This document shows positions 28,414-38,155 of a stretch of 64,000 nt of DNA, in pieces. Within the stretch, counting starts at the first letter, position 1. Each line of letters starts with the position of its first letter. Position numbers and translations under genes: made by a program. Source of the DNA: Turneriella sp. (GTDB lineage Bacteria; Spirochaetota; Leptospiria; Turneriellales; Turneriellaceae); NCBI GenBank assembly GCA_965279515.1, contig CBDIID010000003.1, forward strand, positions 3,552,001-3,616,000. The letters are read 5' to 3'. Under the pieces are notes generated by a model. The model ran no database searches and was not told the origin of the DNA. It was given only the letters and a program-made list of their open reading frames with translations.

Positions 28414-30576
28414 ATGTTGAACCTGATGTTCAACGCGCGCGGGCCACGCCCCCGACCCGCGCGGTTCCTTATTTTTTGCATACTGATCGCACTGGGCGCG
28501 CTATTTTCCTGTAAATCGTGGGGCAAATTCTGGCATATTTACACGCCGGGCGAAGCAAAACCTCTTTACAGCGGTTCCGCGCTGTGGAACGATTATATTG
28601 TCGCCGACGGTTCCGCGCTGACGGTGCGCGGTGTTTCAGCAAATGCTCCCAGCGGTATATCGACCCGGCTCAATGCATCGGGTACTGCATGCAACGCCGC
28701 GGCGACGGGTGGGTATGGTGTTTGCATCCATGCGGGCATGATGCGGCAATCCGTGATCAACGACAAAGAGGACTGCACGGGAATTTCCGCCGCCGACGCG
28801 CTGGGTGTTTTTATCTGGGTCTGCGACGCATCGGTGAAGCCGGTGCGGCTGGTATCTGTCGGCTTTAACGAAGGCAAGTATATGACAGACTTGATCGATT
28901 TTGATGCGGTGGCTTTCCGGCAAAATTCCGTTATCCTCAGTGCGGATGGAACGACTTATCAGGGACCATCGTCAGTGTGGTGGTCGAATCCCGTGAATAA
29001 TTTCGGCGCCACCCTCTATGGTTCCACTTCGGCTGTTGTTCTTGTCCAGTCGAATCCGAATAGCGCAGCTATTATTACTAACAACGCTGACAAAACTGCG
29101 CTCCTGGTGCGGCCTGGCGTCAAGATCACCACTACCTCGGGTTCGGGTGCGATCAACAACGCAGGTAGAAATTTCTCATGGTTTGAGGGTACTGTTGATT
29201 TGAACGGCATCGCCGGCAGCGTCATAGGGTTCGCGATCTCCAGCGGCAGGTTTGTTGTGGTTCAGAATTTTGCCGTCGTGAACTCTTCGGCAACCGGCAA
29301 CACAGGCTTTCAGGTAAACGGAGATAATTTGTATTACCGTGATGTAAAATATGCCAATGCGAACGCCATAAATATGAAATCCTTTGATCTTCTTGCTGGA
29401 AATTCGGGTAACCTGCTGCACGGTGTTATGGCCGCCAATGATGAGTATTCGGCTCAGATCAAGTCGACGAACAGCGTTATACTGAATCTGACCAGCGCTA
29501 ATAGCGGTTCCAGCGTTCAGGTGAACGTCGATTTTCAGGTGGGTAATGGTAACAATGTCATGTTCAATATGACCGCGGCAAACGGCAATGTGATAAATTC
29601 TATCGGACCGTTGCGCGTGTCTTCGGGAGCCAATAACACGCTTATGAATATCGGCGTGGCAAATTCTACGGATCGCGGTGTCGTTATGGCAGGCGGCACA
29701 GGAACCCAGATCATCAACGTCGCCGCTCACCGCGACCAGGCGGGCGGAGTCGATATGCTTTCTTCCGCCAGCACCTTCTCGTATTTTAGCGGCATTGTTA
29801 AAACAACGAATGGCGTGAGCTGCACAGGGGGCACTCCTGACGCCGGGCTTCCGAACGGAGGCGGCATTGCCTGCACACTGGTCAATAACTCTGATTTTAA
29901 TCTCACCAGTACGTCGGTGAATCCGGCAAATTCTTTCGTCGGCAAAGTTACCGCCGACGATTTGCAAAACACCTCGGACAGTAACGGCATCAGCACCTAT
30001 ACGATGGGTATGGATTGGATCCGTTTTAATAACCCTTTTCGGGCATACGGGAACGACGGCGGCACTTTTCCGATAGCGGCTAATCAGGGACGCTGCACAA
30101 CGGGAAGTTGCCGCATCTGGGATTGGTCGCTGCGGGCAGGCGATACTCAATACCGCAATGTCTTGCCTGTTCCGACAGGCAGTATGATCGCTGCGCATAA
30201 ATGGTCGGCCGCAACACAGATCAATTGTACGCAGCCCGGAGCGGTATGGATTGGTACGGGTACCTGCAACTATCCCCCTTTTCCAGGTAATGCGAGCACT
30301 TGCGCCACGTGGACTGGAGGAACAACCGCTACGGCTGCATGCCTAACAACATTTCTTCGCAACGCCTACGAAATCATCGGCGACGGCATCGGCAATGAGA
30401 ACGGCCTCTGCGAATCGAATGAAGCGTGTATCTATACGCCGAACATTGCCTCTTACCAGGGCCACGGTAACCTGACTTGTATTCGCGGGCCGGTTGAGTA
30501 CGGCTGTACATCCGCCTTTGTGGATGGCACAATCAGCGGTGTCGTACTTTACCAGTACGTGAACAACGGTTATTGA
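28414..30576 (+). CDS. Large surface lipoprotein with probable beta-helix core (paralog 1)
   Basis: Lipobox LFSC followed by KSWGKFW; Asn/Gly/Ser-rich repetitive core; Cys-rich termini; tandem paralog of 30579..32693. Confidence 0.75.
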   Translation: MLNLMFNARGPRPRPARFLIFCILIALGALFSCKSWGKFWHIYTPGEAKPLYSGSALWNDYIVADGSALTVRGVSANAPSGISTRLNASGTACNAAATGGYGVCIHAGMMRQSVINDKEDCTGISAADALGVFIWVCDASVKPVRLVSVGFNEGKYMTDLIDFDAVAFRQNSVILSADGTTYQGPSSVWWSNPVNNFGATLYGSTSAVVLVQSNPNSAAIITNNADKTALLVRPGVKITTTSGSGAINNAGRNFSWFEGTVDLNGIAGSVIGFAISSGRFVVVQNFAVVNSSATGNTGFQVNGDNLYYRDVKYANANAINMKSFDLLAGNSGNLLHGVMAANDEYSAQIKSTNSVILNLTSANSGSSVQVNVDFQVGNGNNVMFNMTAANGNVINSIGPLRVSSGANNTLMNIGVANSTDRGVVMAGGTGTQIINVAAHRDQAGGVDMLSSASTFSYFSGIVKTTNGVSCTGGTPDAGLPNGGGIACTLVNNSDFNLTSTSVNPANSFVGKVTADDLQNTSDSNGISTYTMGMDWIRFNNPFRAYGNDGGTFPIAANQGRCTTGSCRIWDWSLRAGDTQYRNVLPVPTGSMIAAHKWSAATQINCTQPGAVWIGTGTCNYPPFPGNASTCATWTGGTTATAACLTTFLRNAYEIIGDGIGNENGLCESNEACIYTPNIASYQGHGNLTCIRGPVEYGCTSAFVDGTISGVVLYQYVNNGY
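30337..30576 (+). repeat. Direct repeat copy 1 (copy 2 at 32454-32693): conserved 3' ends of the tandem lipoprotein genes
   Basis: Near-identical nucleotide blocks differing mostly at third codon positions. Confidence 0.85.
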
Positions 30577-30578
30577 GT

Positions 30579-32693
30579 ATGGCAGGAAAAAGCACGCGTA
30601 TCTTTTTGTGTACATTCCTTCTGGGGGCAGTCGTTTCATGCAAATCGTGGGGGAAGTTCTGGTACAACTACACGCCTGGTCAGGCTACAGCGCTCTATGC
30701 GGGGGCCGGTCTCTGGAATGATTACATTACCGCAGACGGTTCGGCGCTCACGGTGCGCGGGGTATCGCCGAATGCACCGAGCGGCACCTCGAATCGCCTC
30801 AATGCTTCGGGCACGACCTGCAATACCGCGGCGACCGGCGGATACGGGGTCTGTATCCATGCCGGTATGATGCGGCAGGCGGTCGTGAACGATAAGGAAG
30901 ATTGTTCGGGCATGACGGTGACCGACGCGTTGGGGGCTTTCATCTGGGTCTGCGATGCCAGCGTTAAGCCGGTGCGCGTTATTTCTGTCGGATTCAACGA
31001 GGGTAAGTATATGACCGACCTCGTCGATTTCGACGCGGTTGTTTTTCGTCCGAATTCGTTAAAGGTTAGCGTCGACGGAAGCGAATATGCGGGACCGTCA
31101 TCCGTTTGGTGGGCGAATCCCGTTACCAATCTTTCCACAACAACCTACGGGGCGGCTTCTGCGGTCGTGCTTGTGCAGACGAATCCCAACAGCGGTGCTA
31201 CGCTGACGCCTTCTGCCGATAAGATCGCCTTGCTCGTGAGGCCGGGTGTGAAAATTACTTATGCCGGCTCCGGCGCCGTGGTGAACAATTCGGCCAGGAA
31301 TTTTTCATGGTATGAGGGAACCATCGATAAGAACGGCTCCCTTGCCAGCGCGCTGGGTTTGGCGCTGACAAACGGCAGTTTTGTTGTGGTACAGAATTTT
31401 GGTATTGTGAATGCGTCGGCAACCGGCAATTCGGCATTCCAGTTTAATGCGAGAAATTCTTTTTTCCGCGACATCCGCTACGCCAACGGAGGCATCGCGG
31501 CGGAAAAATCTCTCGACTTTGCCGCGGGCGGGGACGCGAATCTGATCAGCGGGGTTTTTACTTCAAACGATACCACTCCCCTGTATTTGAATTCCTCGAA
31601 CAATGTCGTTCTGCAATTGACCATTGCGAACACGGGCGGCGTGTTCGACATCCAGGGGAGCGCGATCAGTAATTTCTTTTTGAACATGACGATGGCGAAT
31701 AATTCTTCCGGCGGTATCGGCGCGCTGCGATTCAATATAAACGGCGCCGTCCATAATACCTGGATGAACCTGGGCGCCGGTAGCTCTCCTTCGCCCGCCA
31801 TGCATTTGGGTACCGGCGTGCCGGTGAATATGCACTCGCAATTTATCAACCTCGCGGCATATGTCAACAGCGCGACGCTCATCAACTCGTCCGCGAGCAG
31901 CTACACTTATATTGGCGGAATAGTCTCCTTCGGCAACTCATCTTCTCCGTTATGCGGTTCGGCCTCGAATGTCGGGTTCTCGGGAACATGCACGGCTCAG
32001 AATTCTTCGGATTTTACCCTGGTTTCCTCGGCGCTGGACCCGACGAATTCTTATGTCGGAAAAATTCTCACCGACGATTCCGCGAATGCTTCCGATGCGG
32101 GCGCGGCCGCGACCAATATCGCGGCGATTAGCGACTGGCTGAAATTCGCCAACGGCCTCAGGGGTTATGGTCTCGACGCGGCAGTCTTTCCTGCGGCGGG
32201 CAATCAAGGCCGGTGCACCGCCGCCAATTGCCGCATCTGGGATTGGTCGCTGAAGGCAACGGACTCACAGTATCGCAATTTATTGCCCGTGCCGACAGGC
32301 AACATGACTGCCGGGCATAAATGGAATGCCGCTACCCAACCGCAGTGCACGCAGCCCGGCGCTCAATGGATTGCCGCGAGTACCTGCGACAAGCCGCCGT
32401 TTCCCGGCAACTCGACAACCTGCAGCGCCGCCGGCGGGACTTTAACCGCTTCCGCATGCCTAACGACCTTTTTGCGTAACGCCTATGAAATCATCGGCGA
32501 CGGTATCGGTAATGAAAACGGCCTCTGCGAATCGAATGAGGCGTGTATTTATACTCCGAACATTGCTTCATACCAGGGCCACGGCAATCTGACCTGTATT
32601 CGCGGGCCGGCCGAGTACGGCTGTGCATCCGCCTTTGTGGATGGCACGGTTAGCGGTGTCGTACTTTATCAGTACACGACGAACGGTTACTGA
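30579..32693 (+). CDS. Large surface lipoprotein with probable beta-helix core (paralog 2)
   Basis: Lipobox VVSC followed by KSWGKFW; same architecture; C-terminal FLRNAYEIIGDGIGNENGLCESNEACIYTPNIASYQGHG is identical to paralog 1. Confidence 0.75.
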   Translation: MAGKSTRIFLCTFLLGAVVSCKSWGKFWYNYTPGQATALYAGAGLWNDYITADGSALTVRGVSPNAPSGTSNRLNASGTTCNTAATGGYGVCIHAGMMRQAVVNDKEDCSGMTVTDALGAFIWVCDASVKPVRVISVGFNEGKYMTDLVDFDAVVFRPNSLKVSVDGSEYAGPSSVWWANPVTNLSTTTYGAASAVVLVQTNPNSGATLTPSADKIALLVRPGVKITYAGSGAVVNNSARNFSWYEGTIDKNGSLASALGLALTNGSFVVVQNFGIVNASATGNSAFQFNARNSFFRDIRYANGGIAAEKSLDFAAGGDANLISGVFTSNDTTPLYLNSSNNVVLQLTIANTGGVFDIQGSAISNFFLNMTMANNSSGGIGALRFNINGAVHNTWMNLGAGSSPSPAMHLGTGVPVNMHSQFINLAAYVNSATLINSSASSYTYIGGIVSFGNSSSPLCGSASNVGFSGTCTAQNSSDFTLVSSALDPTNSYVGKILTDDSANASDAGAAATNIAAISDWLKFANGLRGYGLDAAVFPAAGNQGRCTAANCRIWDWSLKATDSQYRNLLPVPTGNMTAGHKWNAATQPQCTQPGAQWIAASTCDKPPFPGNSTTCSAAGGTLTASACLTTFLRNAYEIIGDGIGNENGLCESNEACIYTPNIASYQGHGNLTCIRGPAEYGCASAFVDGTVSGVVLYQYTTNGY

Positions 32694-32700
32694 TTTCCCG

Positions 32701-33264
32701 TTAAAAAGCAAACCGTACTGTCGACCCGAGCCCCAGCCAGACTGAGACATTGAAGCCGCTGGTTTCAGAAAGATAATAACCGCCGAACTGTACCTGCGAG
32801 ATCAGCTTCAGCGCAAACCAATCGTAATGGATGCGCAACGCGGTAGATAAGGTAAAATAAGGAGAATAAAAAGAACCTCTGAACTGGTAATGGACACTGT
32901 CGTCTTTATCGATAATCGCGAGTGCGATGACAAGTGCCGTGAAAAAATCCATACCGAGTGTCGCTTCGGCCGAGATGTGCTCCAGAAACGGAAAGATCAC
33001 ACCGATGTGAAAATCGGGACGGTACTCCGAAACACTCTTCCAGGTGAGCGAACTTTGGCTGGTGCCGAAATAGACGTATTGCGAAGGGTAATAGTTGATC
33101 AGTAATCCGGTGGAAAGCGCCGGCTCCCAGGGCACAGTGGCCCACATGCGCTCGAAGCCGACTTCCAGCGAGGTTTCAGGAGGATGACCCTTTGAAAAAA
33201 TGACCTGCGGTATGCAAAACATTAGCGCAAAGACGCAGGCGGCGCGGCATGTTGGCAAATTCAC
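32701..33264 (-). CDS. Small outer-membrane beta-barrel-like protein (paralog A)
   Basis: Signal peptide; SLEVGFER, GLLINYYPS, RPDFHIGV; ends GLGSTVRFAF. Confidence 0.65.
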   Translation of the reverse strand: MNLPTCRAACVFALMFCIPQVIFSKGHPPETSLEVGFERMWATVPWEPALSTGLLINYYPSQYVYFGTSQSSLTWKSVSEYRPDFHIGVIFPFLEHISAEATLGMDFFTALVIALAIIDKDDSVHYQFRGSFYSPYFTLSTALRIHYDWFALKLISQVQFGGYYLSETSGFNVSVWLGLGSTVRFAF

Positions 33265-33836
33265 AATTTGAACCGGTACGTTGCTCCAACACCGAGCCAG
33301 GCCGAAGACCCAAGGCTGTCTCTGATGGCAACCGGGTAGCCGCCGTATTGCATCTGGGCAATGAGTTTCAGTGCGAGGGCATCCCAGTGCCAGCGCAGCG
33401 CTGTAGCAAAGTTCAGGTAACCGTCGTATTTGGCCGAACTGCTGCTGTAACTGCTACTGCTATTGTTTTGTACGCAATTTTTGTTACAAATGACGGCGAG
33501 AGCGAGAATTCCTGTCGTGACGAGGTCAATACCCATGGTAAATTCGGCAAAGAGTTGTTCGAGCAGGGGGATCGTCACGCCGATATGCACGTCGGGCCGG
33601 TAAGCAAAATCAGATCTGTTGTAACCGGGGCCGGTCGAGACGATATTCTGATTCGTGCCGATGTGGAATGCCCGTGAGGGATAATAGTTGAGGAGTAAGC
33701 CAGTGCCCGCAGTATCGGGCCTTGGGCTTGTCGGCGTGTAACGCTCGTAGCCGACCTCGAGCGATTTGCGGGGATAATATTCGTCGGCAAAGATGGTGCT
33801 TGTGAGAACGAGAGCCGCTATGACGCCGGGTTTCAT
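33261..33836 (-). CDS. Small outer-membrane beta-barrel-like protein (paralog B)
   Basis: MKPGVIAALV signal; SLEVGYER, GLLLNYYPS, RPDVHIGV; ends GVGATYRFKL. Confidence 0.65.
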   Translation of the reverse strand: MKPGVIAALVLTSTIFADEYYPRKSLEVGYERYTPTSPRPDTAGTGLLLNYYPSRAFHIGTNQNIVSTGPGYNRSDFAYRPDVHIGVTIPLLEQLFAEFTMGIDLVTTGILALAVICNKNCVQNNSSSSYSSSSAKYDGYLNFATALRWHWDALALKLIAQMQYGGYPVAIRDSLGSSAWLGVGATYRFKL

Positions 33837-33837
33837 G

Positions 33838-34923
33838 CTAATCCTCCAGTAATATTTTCTCTTTCGGCTTAGTCCAGGGCCGCACCGCGTAGGTTCGCTT
33901 GTCAATCTGAAATGCCCCGGCAGCACTGTTTTCATAACGCAGCAACAAGCGGTTTTCACCTTTCTCTTCGACGATTTCGCCGGAATATTTTGCCGCGTCG
34001 GTGCCGAAGCCCTGTGTGTGGATTTCCCCGTCGAAGACAGTCGTGCGGGCAAGGTAGATGATCGTATCAAGCCTTTCGGGAATATTCACCGTCATTGTCG
34101 CAGTGAGGTGGGCCATGCCGCGCTCATCCATTTCGCGCGTCAGCGCTTCGGCGGTATTGAGCATACCGCGCACCGCTACGATGGCAGCGGCCACCGCGGC
34201 GGTGATGTCGACACCTTTCGCTGTTTTTACCGGGTTTTTCACGAGATAAGCATAACCTTCTTCGCTGAGATCTGAGCGGATGCGGCGGTGGACGGCGTTC
34301 TTTTCGTTGTAATGTGCGAGGCAGCCGACGATCGCGCCACAAGCCGCGCGCGGGTCACGCCACTTGCTCTCACGCGTCTTGCCGATCGCCACACCGCCTT
34401 CTTCAAGGCGACCGACATGCGTCTTCAGGTCGAAATTGCAGAGCGCGTACGAAGCCGGATTTCCCAGGTAAATGCGTTCGCGCAAAAAATCGTCGATGTG
34501 GTGTGCCCAGGTAACATGCGCGAACGTCGCGCCGTCGTCGGTGCCGCCGCCCGTGGGGGCGAAGTCTTCGACTTTATATTCGCCGATTTCAGAGAGCGTA
34601 GCGAAGCGCGCCGCTACGGTCTGAATGTATGCAGTCGCAGCCTCGCCCTGGTGAATGCGGTCGCCGCAGTTGGTGTGCGCGAGCGTGGTGATGACGGTGG
34701 GCAGGCTGAAGTCGGCGCCGCATGCGGCGATGTCTGAAGTCGTGTCGATGCCGGCCAGCTGCAACTCGTCGCGCACCAGCTGCATACCCTTAACAAGGCT
34801 GTAGCGATCGCTGACGATTTCTTCAAAATAAATTTCGAAGGCCGGTTTCTCGAGGCCGAATTCGGCGCCGAGTTTCCAGAACGCTTCGATGCGTTTTTTT
34901 CCGGGCGCGGCTTCGAATTTCAT
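33838..34923 (-). CDS. Hypothetical protein, LCIB-like (beta/theta carbonic anhydrase-like) candidate
   Basis: Cys/His/Cys pattern NCGDR...THVG...G...R...AACGAI. Confidence 0.55.
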   Translation of the reverse strand: MKFEAAPGKKRIEAFWKLGAEFGLEKPAFEIYFEEIVSDRYSLVKGMQLVRDELQLAGIDTTSDIAACGADFSLPTVITTLAHTNCGDRIHQGEAATAYIQTVAARFATLSEIGEYKVEDFAPTGGGTDDGATFAHVTWAHHIDDFLRERIYLGNPASYALCNFDLKTHVGRLEEGGVAIGKTRESKWRDPRAACGAIVGCLAHYNEKNAVHRRIRSDLSEEGYAYLVKNPVKTAKGVDITAAVAAAIVAVRGMLNTAEALTREMDERGMAHLTATMTVNIPERLDTIIYLARTTVFDGEIHTQGFGTDAAKYSGEIVEEKGENRLLLRYENSAAGAFQIDKRTYAVRPWTKPKEKILLED

Positions 34924-34958
34924 GCCGTACCACCACGGCCGGCAGATTAGGCGTCAAC

Positions 34959-36107
34959 CTATCCCCACGCTTTGCGGTACAGGGAAAGCGCGTCGCTTTC
35001 GTTTACGGGCCGCGGGTTGTTGACGAGTAACCGCTGCTGCAGCATGGCATCGCGCGCCAGCATCGGCAGATCGTCTTCCGGGATTTTCAACTCACGTAAC
35101 GTTCTCGGTAAATTGACCGCATCAATCAGCGCGCTAATTTTGCGCAAGAATCCATCCGCCGAACTGTCGTCGCCTGTATGCGGATGCACTGCCGTGGAAA
35201 GTTCGGCATAGAGCGGCGCGGCGGCCTGCATGTTGAAGGCCAATACATGCGGCAGCATCAGCGAGTTCGAAAGCCCGTGCGAAATATGGTAGTGCCCACC
35301 GAGCGGATAAGCGAGCGCATGTACCGCCGCGACGGGTGCATTCGCAAATGCCTGGCCGGCAAGCATTGCACCGTATAGCATGTTGGAACGGGCCGCGAGA
35401 TTTTTTCCATCAGTCACGGCCGTGACGATATTTGCAGATAACAGCCGCAGTGCCTCGGCAGCCAAAAGATCCGAATAAGGATTTTTTTTGATCTTGCTGG
35501 TATAGGCCTCGATTGCATGCACCATCGCGTCGATGCCCGTAGCGGCTGTGACATGCGGCGGCAGGGCGAGAGTGAGCTCGGCGTCGAGCAGTGCGACATC
35601 GGGCAAGAGCTGTGGCGAAACAATACCGGTTTTTGTGGTTTCTCCGGTGGTGATAATGGCAATCGGCGTGACTTCAGAACCCGTCCCTGCAGTCGTCGGT
35701 ATTTGAATGAGCGGCAGGCGGTTCGTGCGCACATTGCCGATGCCATAGATTTCTGAAATGTTCTGCGGCGAATGCGCCAGCACCGCGATGACTTTCGCGA
35801 CATCCATCGAACTGCCGCCACCGAAGCCGATGACACCGTCGATGTTGACGTCACGCGCACGCGCAACAGCTTCAAGCACAATGTTTTCGGGCGGGTCGGC
35901 GACGACATCGCTGTAAATGGAATAGCGGATATCCCCCGCGGCAAGCGCTGCCATACAGGGTGCATGCAGGCCCGAGGCGAAGATGCCCGCGTCGGTGACG
36001 ACCAATGCGTGCCTGATGCCGAGCTCGCGGGCCAGGGCAGCGACCTGACGGACTGACCCCGGCGATGAGATAATCCGCCGTGTCGTCTGGAAGTCAAGAT
36101 GCGCCAC
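34959..36107 (-). CDS. Iron-containing alcohol dehydrogenase
   Basis: GGGSSMDVAK, PTTAGTGSEVT, DAMVHAIE, HALAYPLGG.Y.ISHG. Likely GTG start at 36107. Confidence 0.93.
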   Translation of the reverse strand: MAHLDFQTTRRIISSPGSVRQVAALARELGIRHALVVTDAGIFASGLHAPCMAALAAGDIRYSIYSDVVADPPENIVLEAVARARDVNIDGVIGFGGGSSMDVAKVIAVLAHSPQNISEIYGIGNVRTNRLPLIQIPTTAGTGSEVTPIAIITTGETTKTGIVSPQLLPDVALLDAELTLALPPHVTAATGIDAMVHAIEAYTSKIKKNPYSDLLAAEALRLLSANIVTAVTDGKNLAARSNMLYGAMLAGQAFANAPVAAVHALAYPLGGHYHISHGLSNSLMLPHVLAFNMQAAAPLYAELSTAVHPHTGDDSSADGFLRKISALIDAVNLPRTLRELKIPEDDLPMLARDAMLQQRLLVNNPRPVNESDALSLYRKAWG

Positions 36108-36187
36108 GGCTTTGCCTTGGTTGTTTTTCGGGGGCGTCAAGTATCTATGCGGTTGACGCGCTGTGGAGCGGCGCCGGGGCTGTGTGT

Positions 36188-36625
36188 ATGAAATTTTGGG
36201 CTCTCGGGGCGGCACTTTTTTATGCCAGTGTTGTCGCCGCGGCAGACATCACTGCTTACCATCAGGAACATTTCGGTGAAATCACCTACAATAAATCCGG
36301 CGTCGCGCATATCGTAACGAAAGATGGCTGGGTTGCAATCAATAAGAAGAAACAGGTATTATACAAACCCTTCATTTACGATAACGGCCCCGACTATGTT
36401 CAGGAAGGCCTGCTGCGTTATGTCGAAAACGGAAAAATCGGCTTTGTCGACGAGGCCGGAAAAAAAGTGATCACTGCAGAGTATGATTTTGTCTCTCCCT
36501 TTGAAGGTGGTGTAGCACGGTTCTGTAACGGCTGTCGTGCCGTTGCAGTCGGCGAGCATCACCAGATGGACGAAAAAACCGGAACATGGGGACGAATCAA
36601 CAAACTAGGCAAAAAGCTGCCCTGA
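36188..36625 (+). CDS. WG (KWG) repeat-containing secreted protein
   Basis: Signal peptide; DNGPDY..EGL.R...NGKIGFVD..G..VI...YDF..PF..G.A. Confidence 0.85.
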   Translation: MKFWALGAALFYASVVAAADITAYHQEHFGEITYNKSGVAHIVTKDGWVAINKKKQVLYKPFIYDNGPDYVQEGLLRYVENGKIGFVDEAGKKVITAEYDFVSPFEGGVARFCNGCRAVAVGEHHQMDEKTGTWGRINKLGKKLP

Positions 36626-36633
36626 TATCTGTC

Positions 36634-37113
36634 GTGCTTTCCGACACGCAATTTAATGAGGCCTATCAGAAATACAGCCGTTCGACCTATGTCCGCGTCT
36701 ACCGCATCGTCAATAACGAGGCGGTAGCCGAAGAGATTCTGCAGGAGACATTCCTGCGATTTCTGGAAAAAGCCGATTCCGGGCGCCCTGGCGATTTCCG
36801 CACGTTCTTAATCCATATCAGCCATAACCTTGCGGTTGACTATATAAAGAAGAATGCGCGGGTGAAAAATGTCGAGGATTTCCCCGCAGAGGCTGACCGG
36901 CGCGATTTTGCCGGCGAGGCTGAGGCCCGGGTCATGCGTGAAGATATTCTTGCCCGCCTCGCCGCCGTCGATGAGAGATATCTCAGTATTTTTCTTTTGC
37001 GCGTGGACTATGAGATGACTTATGACGAGATTTCAACAACCCTGGGGATACCCAAACGGACGATGATGCGGCATGTCGAGAACCTCAAGAAGCTGATCCA
37101 GGACTTTTTATAA
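36634..37113 (+). CDS. ECF RNA polymerase sigma factor
   Basis: AEEILQETFLRF, FLIHISHNLAVDY, MTYDEIS..LGIPKRT. Start uncertain. Confidence 0.9.
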   Translation: MLSDTQFNEAYQKYSRSTYVRVYRIVNNEAVAEEILQETFLRFLEKADSGRPGDFRTFLIHISHNLAVDYIKKNARVKNVEDFPAEADRRDFAGEAEARVMREDILARLAAVDERYLSIFLLRVDYEMTYDEISTTLGIPKRTMMRHVENLKKLIQDFL

Positions 37114-37120
37114 GGAAAAA

Positions 37121-37147
37121 TGGCACCATAAATGCACACTTTGCGTA
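37121..37147 (+). promoter_or_regulatory. ECF-type promoter candidate TGGCAC-N17-CGTA
   Basis: Between the sigma stop and the FecR start; one of four copies with identical spacing. Confidence 0.65.
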
Positions 37148-37162
37148 TATTACTCCGATCGG

Positions 37163-38104
37163 ATGGATGAACGCGATCTAAAAGCAGCCGCTGTCGAAAA
37201 CCTTCTGGGTGAGAAGGCCGGCCCCCCTACGGCCAATCCCTTCGCCGCAAAGCTGGGCGCCGCGTTTGCTAAAAAAGAACCCGGGCGCCTGCCTGACTTT
37301 GAAAAGATCCGTAGAAACGTACTCGCCCGCCGTGATGCGGCGGAGGCCGATCGTCGCCGTTTCCGCCGTATCTGGGTGCCTGCCGCGGCGGCCGCAACCG
37401 TACTGATCATCGCCGGCTCGTTCCTGATACGCCCATATCTGAGTCAGCCCACCCCCGCGGTAACCGCGCAGGCGATAGAGATACCCAAGGGCAAGGCAGA
37501 AAAACTTCGCCTGGAAGACAGCCTCGCCATGCATGTACGCTCTGCGGGCGGTCTGACCCGTACCCTCAATGGCAACGCATTGACGCTTAAGGCTGCGACG
37601 ATGTCGGCACTTTTTGATTTTGAACCGAACGACCGCCTGCGTGCGGTAAAAATTGAAACGCCCCGCGCCACGTTTTCGGTAATTGGCACACGTTTTATTA
37701 TCCAGGCAGACGGCGACACGGCTTTTCTCGCCGTTGAATCGGGTGCGGTGCGTGTGAACGCCGCGGGTAAGGAATATGTGGTGCGTGGCGGCGAGTTCTG
37801 GTCAGAAACGAAAGCTGTACAAAAGACGGGCAAGACCGGGGAAAATGGGCGCAAGCTGTTTCCGGCATTTATTACGGAACGCGATCCTGCCGGGCTTGTG
37901 CGGGCCATCGCCGCAAAAACAGAAACCGCACCGGCGCCGCGCGGTGGTAAACGTGTTGTGGTTACGCTGAAATCGGGCACGGTAGTGAGTGGCATTCTGA
38001 TCTCGGAATCAGCAGAGGGTGTCGAAATGCGCGCCGCTGCTGCCGGTAACCAGGTTCTGCGTTTTACCAAGGACGAGATCGCGGGAATACAATACCCCAA
38101 ATAA
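37163..38104 (+). CDS. FecR-domain anti-sigma factor
   Basis: Single TM after RRRFRR; FecR motif VKIETPRATFSVIGTRF...LAVESGAVRV; small C-terminal beta domain. Confidence 0.85.
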   Translation: MDERDLKAAAVENLLGEKAGPPTANPFAAKLGAAFAKKEPGRLPDFEKIRRNVLARRDAAEADRRRFRRIWVPAAAAATVLIIAGSFLIRPYLSQPTPAVTAQAIEIPKGKAEKLRLEDSLAMHVRSAGGLTRTLNGNALTLKAATMSALFDFEPNDRLRAVKIETPRATFSVIGTRFIIQADGDTAFLAVESGAVRVNAAGKEYVVRGGEFWSETKAVQKTGKTGENGRKLFPAFITERDPAGLVRAIAAKTETAPAPRGGKRVVVTLKSGTVVSGILISESAEGVEMRAAAAGNQVLRFTKDEIAGIQYPK

Positions 38105-38155
38105 AGGGTTATTGACGAGGCCTTCCGGGTGTCTTAACGTCCGCTTAGGCGGCCT

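Noticed and set aside
29176..30198. 340-aa antisense ORF and many similar shadow ORFs
   Set aside because: They lie opposite or within well-supported genes, have no recognisable motifs, and are expected at this GC content.
30337..32693. Repeat pair as a diversity-generating retroelement TR/VR
   Set aside because: Mismatches are mainly synonymous third-position changes, not adenine-specific. Both copies are coding and there is no reverse transcriptase in the window.
33837..34070. N-terminal extension of ORF 33261..34070
   Set aside because: It overlaps the upstream gene in another frame; the signal peptide begins at 33836.
37121..37136. Sigma-54 promoter (TGGCAC-N5-ATGCA)
   Set aside because: GG-N10-GC spacing fits only this copy; all four copies share N17-CGTA instead.
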